Shown piece by piece: positions 53,190 through 64,000 of a stretch of DNA of 64,000 nt. Source of the DNA: Rhynchobatus australiae. Its lineage: Eukaryota. Each line of letters begins with the position of its first letter. The first letter of the stretch is position 1. The stretch lies in assembly GCA_034780895.1 (NCBI GenBank), contig JAUZTB010000069.1:9077476-9141475 (forward strand). The letters are read 5' to 3'. The translations under genes were made by a program, and so were the position numbers. The notes beneath the pieces were generated by a model, which saw only the letters and a program-made list of their open reading frames with translations, had not been told where the DNA came from and made no database searches.

Positions 53190-56100
53190 CTGCAGTAAAG
53201 ATAAATTAATTGCATATTATTTTAGCTGTAATCCTTTAAAAAAAATCATGTTTTGCACAAATCCAATCAATAGGTTTCTATCAGTTAAACAATAACTTTA
53301 TTTAGAAGTGATAAACATAACCAACCCAGTTCCCCACACTTTTGTGACCTGCAGATTAGAAGGATTTTAGATTTATTTCTGTAGTCGAGTCAATGGATTT
53401 CATGTGGAATGCTACAGATGGACACCAGAACCATCAATAGGGGGACTGATTAGCCATTGTACCTCCTCAGGAACGCCTGCTGAAAATGCACAATGGGCCA
53501 AGGATAAAATCGTCCTCAGCCCAGATGCCTGAAGACATAAACTAATGATTAGAAGTGATTAGTGCCTAGTTGGAGGCAAAGTAGTTAAGGTAGAGCCATA
53601 CTCCAAGAAGCAACACCTTTGGGTGAGAGTACCAAAGAACAGAGAGCACCAGTGTTTTGTAATTAGCAACAAATGCTTTGGGCATCTAAAACTAATTGCG
53701 TGGTGTCAAAATGACAGCAAAAGAGTGAATGCAATTTCAATGTGAGGGATCTTTTCTAGAATTATAATTGTTTAAAACATGGCTTCCTGTAATTAAATAC
53801 AAGGGCTTTGCTTCATTTTAAAATAAAATGAATAAAATTCCTATTTAGATTCTCATCAGTCCTGCTGAGGTATTGAAAATGTTGTACAGATATGGAACTG
53901 GAGTGCATGGTCTTCTATTCAATGCCAAGCAAAAACATCATGGATGATACATCATGAATCGGTGCAATATTGTGAATTCATTTAATAGTCCTATATAATA
54001 TGTGGAAAATAAAGAACAATGGATCTTTTGTACCCACACTGCTGTGTGCCCTTGGCATGAAGAACAATAAGACCTTGGCCCTTCTTGACATTCTCCAAAC
54101 TGAAGGAATATATGACTCCTCTAAAGAATCACTGGAGGAAACCGATGGCTTCACTTCACGTTGGCCTTTGTTATATTATTTTTAAACATAGTTACCTCAT
54201 CAAAAAAGAGTACATCCAGTTGAGTGTAAATTCTATCTGTGAATGCAATTAACCCACTCCCATCAACAGAGAAAATAATGTGCAATCTGGGATGCTTATT
54301 AATGCGCTCAGAATGTTATAATGTATTACCATAATTCACGGTGCATAAAAATGGTCTGAGGAGCATAATCAGGACTGAACGAAAGAGTGTAAGCAAGAAA
54401 TTAAGGTCAGCCGCAGGCTGTTCTACATGTTTTTTTTCTATTAATGAGAGAGCTGGAACAGAGGATTGATTTAGGTTTGAATATTAGCAAGTATTAATGT
54501 AATTCATTATTTCTGTTGAACTCATCCACTCTTAATACGGAGAAACTCCTGAGAATTTACAGCAATATCAAACAAGTAATATTATTGCATGACTGGCATT
54601 TTATCAATAGATCCTAGGCATTACCCACTTCAACATTATTGGACAGGAACCAGTGAAGGAACATTTTAAAGCAAGCTCTGGTTTAACTCTCAGCTAGCGA
54701 GTTGACCATCAGGACTCAATTCATCGGTGGTCAGAGGATCAAGTGGACCGTATACAGGATATTCCTGCTTTACTCATGTCCTCATTCAAGTCAATGAATA
54801 CGAAGAGACCCGAGGGTAGAATAAGTATTTGTAAGACACTACTTCTATGAAGACCGGAAAACAAATCTTAATAATTCATCCTGGCAGTAGGAATGGGCTG
54901 GAGCATAAAATGACTTAGATCAAAGTTGTAGATTAATTGATCTCATATAACCTATAGTAGTAGATGGTCTAAAGAAATGCTTCAAATCTGGTACAAATTA
55001 TGTGCATATTTTTAAGCAAACGACTATTTAAAATTTCCTTTCCATTGATGTTAGGTCTACCATATGTAGGAAAAAAGATGCTTTGAAGCTTTGAATGTTA
55101 TAGCAGGCAGCTGGTACAGGTCTGAGCCAAGTGGTCTAAGCCAAAGAGGTGAGACACAGCATTAAATATTTACATAAATGAACAAATTGTTGCGGAGCCG
55201 TGTTGCATTCAGATTTCATTTTTATGTAAAATATTAAGCATTACAACACTGGAAATAGTACATCAATTATTTGTGTTTAATAGATGTATATTTCAATTAG
55301 ATTGTTTGATTTTACTAACAAAAAATATTCTAATAAATTCTTCCCATTAGCTGCCTACTAACACAGAGGATGCTTATCTTTTCACATGCCTATAAGCAGA
55401 TTAGAAACACTTCCATCGTTTAGTACTCTCTCCAAAAAACCATGGATACACAGTTATAGGTTGGTGCACTGATGATCCCATGGCTGCCCTCCCAATTATA
55501 GGTTGGTGCCTGATACTCAAATCCACACCACAGGTGGCTCTGCTTTAGCAGGTCCAGACCACTACCCACTGCTGCTTCGAGCAATATAGGTTGTCAAATT
55601 ATTTAATAGTGTGAGGAGGGAAAAGTATTTAAATCTGCCCTACAAAGAAGTGGTATTGTTGCCAGCTGTGGAAAACTGAAGGGGCCAGACTGCCCCCTCT
55701 CTGGAAGATGAAATGCCTGTCACTGCAAAAAAAGGCATAAAGGATTATATATTTCAAATGAGAATTACATCCTTGTATCTGTGAGAAAGATAAAGAACAA
55801 GCGAAAATGCATTTTATTGAAATGGCTTTTTCTTTTACTTGCATATTTATCATTTTCTATAGAAACTTTTATAGAAATCACAATCCATAATGTTCAACCT
55901 AACTATCAGCATTGGATATGGAAATTCATTCCTCATTTAGCTAATCTTCTTGAATTGATTATGGAATTAAATCCTTTGAATTTAGTAAAGCTACCTGAAT
56001 TGCGGTGACTAACGCTAATTTGATACTCAAATCCAATAGCTGAATCAATTAAGTGTTTGCAGTACACTCTACTGCTAAACAGATTTTTACTTTAGAAATC

Positions 56101-56484
56101 TTTAGAACTAAGAAAATGGGCATGATCTCCCGTATCTTTTCCTGCAAAGAGATCAATTTACTTTGCCTGCTGAGGTAGAAACTACCAAAGAAATAGCATT
56201 AAAAATGGGTGTATGCTTGTGAAGGGAAGATCACACACTTGCGAGTTAACAGCAACTCCTTTCCCATTGCTCTAGAGTCACCTTCAGTTATGAATTTCAC
56301 CCATCTCTTCTCCAAATGATCACAGCAACAGCAAGGTTTATCATTCCTCTTAAGGCTTTGAATGCCTTAGTCTATTACCCCAAAATTCATTTTGTTTAAT
56401 ATCTTTCTAAATATCTTAACCTTCTTGCTGATACCCTAGCTCCTCACAATTACCCTCAATTCCTCAACCTGTATGATTTTAAAC

Positions 56485-56720
56485 CGCCTAAATTCTCTTT
56501 GTCAGCTCATTCTCCTTTCCCCACTCACAAATCAACATGTTGTTCCAAAAATCAATCAGGTGAACCTTCTCCAAACTGCCTCCAAATCCAGAATATTTCT
56601 CCACAACTAAGATCAAAACCACATGCAGTAGTCCAGGTGCAGTCTCACCATCCTTATCTTTATACTCCATCCCTTTTGGAATAAATACCAACATTCCATC
56701 TGCCGTTCTCCTCAATGCAC
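56485..56720 (-). mobile_element. CR1-type LINE fragment
   Basis: Minus strand ADGMLVFIPKGMEYKDKD, a CR1 ORF2 C-terminal motif. Confidence 0.55.
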
Positions 56721-57955
56721 AGACTACATTAACACGCACTTGTCATAAGCTGGTATTCCATCCAGCACAACAGCTAAATATTAATCATCATTAGAAACTA
56801 CAGGAACACCTATTTACAACTTGGCTATAGCAAAAGATACAAGCCTATAAACGACTGATTCTGATGTCAGTGGAAGAACACTCAACAGGTTAGTTTGCTT
56901 TATCTGCTGACACTTCAATGGAAGAATTTACTGGAAAGCATTTGAAGCATTGCAGCCAGAGGAACATTGCATGAATTCATTAAATTTCTATCCAGTAATT
57001 TCTGTCCTGTGGCTTTATTTCTACATTTGAATTATTCTTGATATTTATTATTTGAAAAAGAACAGCTGGAAACTCTTTAACCCTTCATGAGGCTGAATGG
57101 TTAAAACTGCTCAGCAGTAAAAAGTTAGAGATTAAAAGCTAAGCAATAATTAGAAGTCAGTCTCCCATGAAAATGCACTTTTGAATTAGGTTGAATGTCA
57201 ATTTTGCTAACTGTTGGATTTTTAAGTTTAATGTTTGAAACTGGGAAGTACTGGGAAATTAGACCTGATGGTTTGTAGCCGTTTCACAATAAAATCATTA
57301 AAGATTCTGTAAGAAGGTCCTTGTTCACAGAAGAAGCAACACTCCTCAGTTGCACTGAGATCCTTTCACATCTTATCTGCAGTGGTACATTTTCGAACTG
57401 GCTGCCGTACCCTACCATCACTGACAAAGCATCACCGATAGTATAGCAATTTTCTTAAAGAATCAAAACTCATTCCCCACCCCAAAGTTTGTGATCTTCA
57501 AACTTTATCACTTCAAACACGATCAGCATTATCATTTCCCTCTTCTCAAATACCTACATAGCCATATCTCACTCTATATTCTAAAATTCTTTTAATCATG
57601 GACAAGCTTTGGACTTCGGTGCATCTTGCTCCCTCACTCTGCTGGCAGCAGAGATTTCTACCTTTTCAGTTTCAGTCTCTGGAATGCCAAAATGCACTGA
57701 TCTTCACCCAACTCTACCTTCAAAAAAGCACTTCAATCTAACTTTTCAACCAAACTTTCAATCTCCTCTAAACACTTGCAGACTGACCCAGCATCTATTC
57801 CTTCATATTTTCAAAGCCAAGTTTTTATGTTAAAAGTGCTATGATTTTGCTTTTCTTTCAGATAAGTAAGCCAAGCCATTAGGCCATTTTCTATTGCTAT
57901 GCAAAGACCAACTCTCAAGAAATGCAAATGCTGCTTGTAGAGCTTAACATCTTAC

Positions 57956-58109
57956 CTCAAAACAGTAATCTTGTCCCAGAATGCTGCTGTGTACGGATTT
58001 AATTGTCACTTCTTCCTCCATACTGAGATCTAGTGCCTCGACAGCACTACTGGGACTGAGCAAAGACTCGTGAGAACGTGATTCTTTCAACCTCGGCATC
58101 AGACGTGAT
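57956..58109 (-). CDS. DAB2IP: DAB2IP coding exon, 154 bp (PH region): (R)[51 protein letters not shown]
   Basis: Read manually (absent from the ORF track). Acceptor tatttctgcag|A TCA CGT; donor TTT GAG|gtaag; phase 2 in, phase 0 out. Confidence 0.95.
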
Positions 58110-58252
58110 CTGCAGAAATATCAAAGGGCACATCAGAAATAAAGTCTCACTCATAAAATAATTGTTGTGAAATAAATGTAGCGATTATACATCACAAACC
58201 AGCCAACAAATTTCTGTACAAAACATGTAATGTGGATTTATTTAAAAAAAAC

Positions 58253-58690
58253 TAGAGACACAAGGGACTGCAGATGCTGGAATCTGGATCAAAAAACAAA
58301 CTGTTGGAGGAACTCAGTGGGTTGAGCAGCAACTGTTGGGAGGGGTAGGTGGGGCGGTAAGAAACTGTCAACATTTCAGGTTGAGATCCTGCATCAGGAC
58401 TGAGAATGGAGAGGGAGGATAACCATATAATGAGAAGGGGAAATAGGGGATGGAGGTGATAGATGAGCTGAGGACAAGTGAGGAATGAAGGGCAGAAGGA
58501 GCCAGGTGGGGGGAGGACGAGGGCTGCAGTCGGGAGACAGAGGCAGGTGGGTGATAGGTAGAAACAGACAAGGTGAAAAAAAGGGGGAGAGATGGACCCA
58601 GGTCGGGAGGGGAGGGTGAAGGTGGAGACAGAGGCTGGAGGGTGATAAGCAGGGACACAAAGGCTGCAAGTGCTGGAATCTGACAAGTAA
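58253..58690 (+). repeat. Interspersed repeat with purine-rich body and imperfect direct repeats at both ends
   Basis: gacacaagggactgcagatgctggaatctg (58257) ... gacacaaaggctgcaagtgctggaatctg (about 58654); internal ggaggaactcagtgggttgagcagc. Confidence 0.6.
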
Positions 58691-61600
58691 GGAAGCTGAT
58701 AATGGGAGCTATGCTGTGATTTTTCCTGAATGTTTTCTCTACAGCTGTTCTGCTGAAGAGCATAAATTATGTTCAGGCACAGACCCTTTGCAATGAATTA
58801 TTAAACAGGTGTTGAATTAACCAACTGGACATCTTGATGACCCTTGGCTAGGAAAAGAAAGCAAGGTTACCCAGAGCTCCTTGCCATGATGATCACTGCT
58901 GGGAATGGTTGGCAAGGTAGGATAGGATAGGTCTCAGCTGTAATAGCTTTTCATACTCAAACAACTCTGGCAATCATTGTCAATGAATTGCAAGTTTGGA
59001 ATGCCACTTCCAATTTAGTATGCAAAAGAATTTTTTAGTAGTGAATAAGGCAATTCTGCGCAGGATGTCGTCATAAATTCACAAGAGGAATGGAAGACAA
59101 ATGAAGTTGATTCAAAGTGGGGTTCCATTCTTGTACATNNNNNNNNNNNNNNNNNNNNNNNNNNNNNNNNNNNNNNNNNNNNNNNNNNNNNNNNNNNNNN
59201 NNNNNNNNNNNNNNNNNNNNNNNNNNNNNNNNNNNNNNATTGCTGTATTGTTTGATTTGTACCTAATTTTTCACAAGATAGTTATAATTAAAAATAACAC
59301 TGAATACAAAAGGCCATCTAGAGTATTGCACATTATACTTGCCAGGTAATCTTAATATGGTTTAATTCCACATATGGGTATTGCATTCAGGTCAGCAGTT
59401 GTACATGAATGTATTTAAAACTACATTGAATGAATTCAGCCACTCCAGCAGAAAGCTCTGCTTAAAGTCAGCAGAGACAAAAAAGTGTTACTTTGCTGTA
59501 GCCTGATGTGTGGTCCTGTTTCCTTAGATGGTGATTTCCCTGTTGGATTCACAGTATTGCTAAATGTACCCATGTACACAGCGTTAAGACCTATGTCATC
59601 CTGTCCAATCAACACTTCCCTTCACACAAAATCGTTGTCAGAAATTCTTGACATTCTAATCAATAAGTTGAAGTCCAATCTACACACAAGTATTACAAAT
59701 ATAACTGGAAGGAATCTGCTGCAGATGGAGTGAATTAAACAGTTGAGATTACATTTTCTATCTGAGATGCTTATAGGATCATCACTGTAGTTTCAGTGTG
59801 ATTGATGTAACTTGTTACTAGCAAAAAAAAATCATGTCTACATCCATCTTCACTGGAAAAATGTTTTCATTCCTCAAAGCCCACAGTTTTGCCCAACTTG
59901 GCCCAATGAAAGTGTCTTTTCTATCTGCTGCTCAAGCTTTCAGTTTACACTAAAGCACAAAATTGTTTGTTATTTTAATTAACTGTCTCAGCTAATTTTG
60001 AAATATCAGCCAGATCCAACTCAGTGTCAAAAGCTATTCTGGACTCTGCAAAGCCTCCGGCTTCTCTCCACATTCTTTGCAGGAGAATGATTTCTCATGT
60101 CGATTTCACATTTCACCCATAATTTCAGAGGATGGTGGCACTCAATATATAACTGTCTCAAAGGCAGCAAAGAAACATCAAATTCAAGGCTTCCCAACTG
60201 CTCCTGTCCATCAGTTACCAAGTCAAAAGAAACAACTTCAAAGGCTTGGAAAGCAGGTTGCTGCTTGCCCTCTCAGGAAGGACTTAATGTTCAGTGGAAA
60301 GTTTAAAACAATCTTTCAGTGATAAAGTAATCTTTTACTGTAAAGCTATGATGTTCAGACACACAGGAGTTAATGAAAATACAATGAGGTAAATAATGAT
60401 CAACTCAATCCATGCCTCATGTTCGACACCAATGGTGTTCTAAACTTTTACTGCCCCACGGGTCTCACTGCTGCCCCACAAAGTAACCTGGTTCACAGCC
60501 AACAGATCCCAAGCCTCACATTGGACCATGCTGTTGACTTTTGGTCAGATCATGCAGTCAAAGGCCTTTTAACTGTTTCTAAGTATCTAAAAATCAGAGT
60601 GCTTAAAACAGTTGCGATAAATTTAAATTAATTTTTTTTAATACAAAATCAAATTATCTGATAAAATTGAAATCATTAATATTAATTAAATTAACACTTC
60701 CCTGCACTTGGCAATTTAATCAGACTGGTGACCCCATTCAAACGGATGGGCTGCACTGCAATCTGGTGAAAAGGAACCAGGTATGAAGTGAAGCCAGGTG
60801 GTCTGAGTTCTGCCCTGAGCACTCAAGTGCCACCACCAGTGGGAAGTTGGATGTGCTGACATCGGACCTCTACTGCATTTCTGATTTCCACAGACCGTGC
60901 TGAACCACAAAAGGATCTTGCCAGCAGTTCTCTTCGAACCACTAGCAGGAGGTAACTATGCTTCTGATTGGTGCTATAATGCATGTAACGTTACTTCCTA
61001 TGTTTCACAACTTACATCGATTGTAATGCATAGAAAAACAAGTCCCTTTCTGAAAGAAAAGAAATCATGCTTAAATTAAGAAAAAAAATGGGGCTGTGAA
61101 CATTTCAATATTCTTCCTATCTGAACATGTTTTGCACAACAAACCATGTTATTGGATTGGACTGTAGTGCTTTGCTTCTGTAGAAAGTATTAGCAATGTA
61201 AATTTAGTAAACATCATCTCCAAAAAGCTAGTCTTTTAAAATACTTCCATGCATACATTAGATACCAGGGTGAAGATTGTCTCTCCCTTTAGTCAATCCT
61301 TTGCTCCACAAGTTGGTCAAAGTCACGACATTGTTACTGCTAATGAAAAGAAAATCAACTCATGGCGAGTCGATCAATGACTTGAAAAGCCCATTTCACT
61401 AAATGCACTTGTAGCTGGGATAATCCCTTTCATGCACTTTGCAGTAACNNNNNNNNNNNNNNNNNNNNNNNNNNNNNNNNNNNNNNNNNNNNNNNNNNNN
61501 NNNNNNNNNNNNNNNNNNNNNNNNNNNNNNNNNNNNNNNNNNNNNNNNNNNNNNNNNNNNNNNNNNNNNNNNNNNNNNNNNNNNNNNNNNNNNNNNNNNN

Positions 61601-62756
61601 NNNNNNNNNNNNNNNNNNNNNNNNNNNNNNNNNNNNNNNNNNNNNNNNNNNNNNNNNNNNNNNNNNNNNNNNNNNNNNNNNNNNNNNNNNNNNNNNNNNN
61701 NNNNNNNNNNNNNNNNNNNNNNNNNNNNNNNNNNNNNNNNNNNNNNNNNNNNNNNNNNNNNNNNNNNNNNNNNNNNNNNNNNNNNNNNNNNNNNNNNNNN
61801 NNNNNNNNNNNNNNNNNNNNNNNNNNNNNNNNNNNNNNNNNNNNNNNNNNNNNCATGTTGATGCCCTGCAATAATTATCTCATGGTTGAAGAGCTCAGGG
61901 AAAGAAAGCTATGGATAAGCAGATAGATCAAATGACAAGCAGAGCACAGACTTTAACTTTTAAAGAGTAACCTTGAATCAGGAGGTCCACAGTGAGAAGC
62001 AAAAATTCATAAAATGAAAACAGAATGCACAAGACATTAGGCAGCTGACCTGCTCTGTACTGTCCCATCCTGAAAGGTCTAATTGTAATTTTAATTTCCA
62101 GAAACTTTCTAGCAGCATTTGCTCAGATTGTTTAAAGAACGTGGTCAAATTTAAATGCCAATATTAATGTACACAAACATACACTTTAAAATTTAAAATG
62201 TCAATATGTAATTGAAAAAAATTGTGGCTGAATTCAAACTCATTTACCTCAATATAAATCAACTGATCAGAATTTTAGGCACAAAAAGTAACAGAATACA
62301 CAAGCTCAAAGTATATTTTATTGATAAATAGCTAAGTTTGTACTACTTTTCAGCAATCCTTAAATTATTATTCTAGAGCAGAAACCAACCTTTTTAAAAT
62401 CATTATTTTTCACCCATTTGCAGAAATCCCTTATTTATAGGCAGTATTTTATTTAATTCTGCCCTTTATCAATTCCGAACAGAGCAGCTAAAAATCCTGG
62501 ACATCAACTACACAGCTGACAGGAAATGGGTATCCTTATAAAATTACAAACTTGCTCACAGACTAAAACACCAAAGCCGTTTAATTCCTGGTACTATCAT
62601 TAAAAGTGTTTACATGAAAAATGTGACGTACTTACAGAAGCAGCATAGGGCTGTTGTGGCTGTTGCCTGTGGTTCAAATAATTACAATTCAAAATAAAGC
62701 ATAGCCAGTTAAAGGCCATGACTTCCAGCAGCTGAATGAATGATAACTGCTTGTAC

Positions 62757-63072
62757 CTGCCTATATAGAAAAGTAATAGAGTCCTAGCAACCTTCAGCCC
62801 AACCTTCTCTACGTGGGCAGCCGTGAATGGAACAGTATAAGTAAACAGTTCAGCCGGCAGCTTGACTGGCACATNNNNNNNNNNNNNNNNNNNNNNNNNN
62901 NNNNNNNNNNNNNNNNNNNNNNNNNNNNNNNNNNNNNNNNNNNNNNNNNNNNNNNNNNNNNNNNNNNNNNNNNNGGCAGCTTGACTGGCACATTTATTTT
63001 GATTGGCTTCCCTGTAGTCAGGCAGGCGGACCGACTCAAAGCAAATGCTAACATTTGTTCAAATTCCAGCAT
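62757..63072 (-). CDS. DAB2IP: Candidate alternative first coding exon of DAB2IP (65 codons + 2 nt after closing an apparently false gap)
   Basis: Gap 62875-62974 has identical 19-bp flanks. Merging them gives MLEFEQ...KINVPVKLPAELFTY...LLLFYIG ending at donor GGC AG|gtacaa, phase 2, compatible with the 58109 exon. No transcript evidence. Confidence 0.4.
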
Positions 63073-64000
63073 GTGCTACCTCAGCCTGACAATTCTTCCT
63101 GTCCTACTCCCCCACCTCTCCCGCTTTCCTGGAAGGAAACTGGACCAGCTTAATAAACAAGTATACTCTGGAAAAAAACTATAACCTATCTTACAAAATT
63201 ACACCAAAATCCTCTTGTTCAAACTACACGGCTAAATCAAATGGAAGGCGCATTGATTTCGTCAGCTTGCCTTGAAATAAAATAGTTCAACTACATTATT
63301 CGATTTCTAGTTTGGACTCTTTTAGCACAATAGATCTGATTTTCTCTAACCTAATGCTGCTTTGATTGCAATAAATATATGATTTGATTTTGGTTCAAAA
63401 ATGAGTTTAGAGATTTTATTTTCTTATAGTGTGACTTAATGTGGCCACACAAATAAAAGCAAGACATCAAGTAATCGTGCTCATGGAATCCAAGCAGACC
63501 AGTTTGTGTCTGGGAGAGGAAGGATGCAGCTGTGCACATGCAGTTCCCTACATTGTGGCCAACAGGCAGGAAGAGCAGCAACACTGTTTCAAAAGGAACA
63601 ATAATCAGAGCTTTGCTTGTGCTCAGATGTCAGTAATTGGTAACAGAACTGTATTATAGCAATGGTAGTACAAGAATGCAATTTGCCTCTAGATAATGAC
63701 AGATGTGGTCGNNNNNNNNNNNNNNNNNNNNNNNNNNNNNNNNNNNNNNNNNNNNNNNNNNNNNNNNNNNNNNNNNNNNNNNNNNNNNNNNNNNNNNNNN
63801 NNNNNNNNNNNATTCAAACAAAATCATATAACATTAAGTGCCAATGCTTTCAAAAGATCATGCTGATAAAGGGTTAAGAAAAATGGGTGTTCTCTGTGTC
63901 ATCAGGGCCAATATACTTACTGTTAAAAGATCCTTGAAGATTTAACTTCACACTGTCGTCGTACTTCAGCATCATGCAGCTTTAACTTCTTATTACTTAT

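Larger units (their letters stand above)
10748..58109 (-). other. DAB2IP: DAB2IP gene, partial (9 internal coding exons; canonical 5' and 3' exons not found in window)
   Basis: Nine exons with AG/GT boundaries and matching phases join into a 2596-nt open frame. The peptides ([30 protein letters not shown]; [22 protein letters not shown]; [13 protein letters not shown]) match DAB2IP as recalled rather than SYNGAP1 or RASAL2. Confidence 0.95.

Noticed and set aside
10748-58109. Assignment to SYNGAP1 or RASAL2
   Set aside because: Diagnostic segments ([36 protein letters not shown]) match DAB2IP as recalled.
58252-58763. Three Pro/Leu/Ser-rich minus-strand ORFs
   Set aside because: Low-complexity translations of a purine-rich interspersed repeat.

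Overview
Eukaryotic, AT-rich vertebrate genomic DNA with many N gaps. The repeat content (CR1/HER1-type and RTE-type LINE relics, a Penelope-like RT, V-SINE and Deu-SINE-like elements) suggests a cartilaginous fish (inference). The window holds the middle of one minus-strand gene, DAB2IP (SynGAP-family RasGAP). Nine GT-AG exons between 58109 and 10748 (154, 99, 555, 145, 145, 237, 202, 182 and 877 bp) splice in phase into about 865 codons: end of PH, C2, RasGAP and the long Ser/Pro-rich region. The canonical 5' exons and the C-terminal coiled-coil exons were not found. The rest is intron with decayed retroelements. The most notable unexplained signal is a candidate alternative first coding exon at 63072-62757. 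It is split by a 100-N gap with duplicated flanks, and once the gap is closed it gives a 65-codon ORF that splices in frame to the 58109 exon. Other observations are several intronic hairpins, a fold-back RTE structure bounded by a 24-bp direct repeat, and a very short poly-proline tract. No prokaryotic-type system (CRISPR, operon, etc.) is present.
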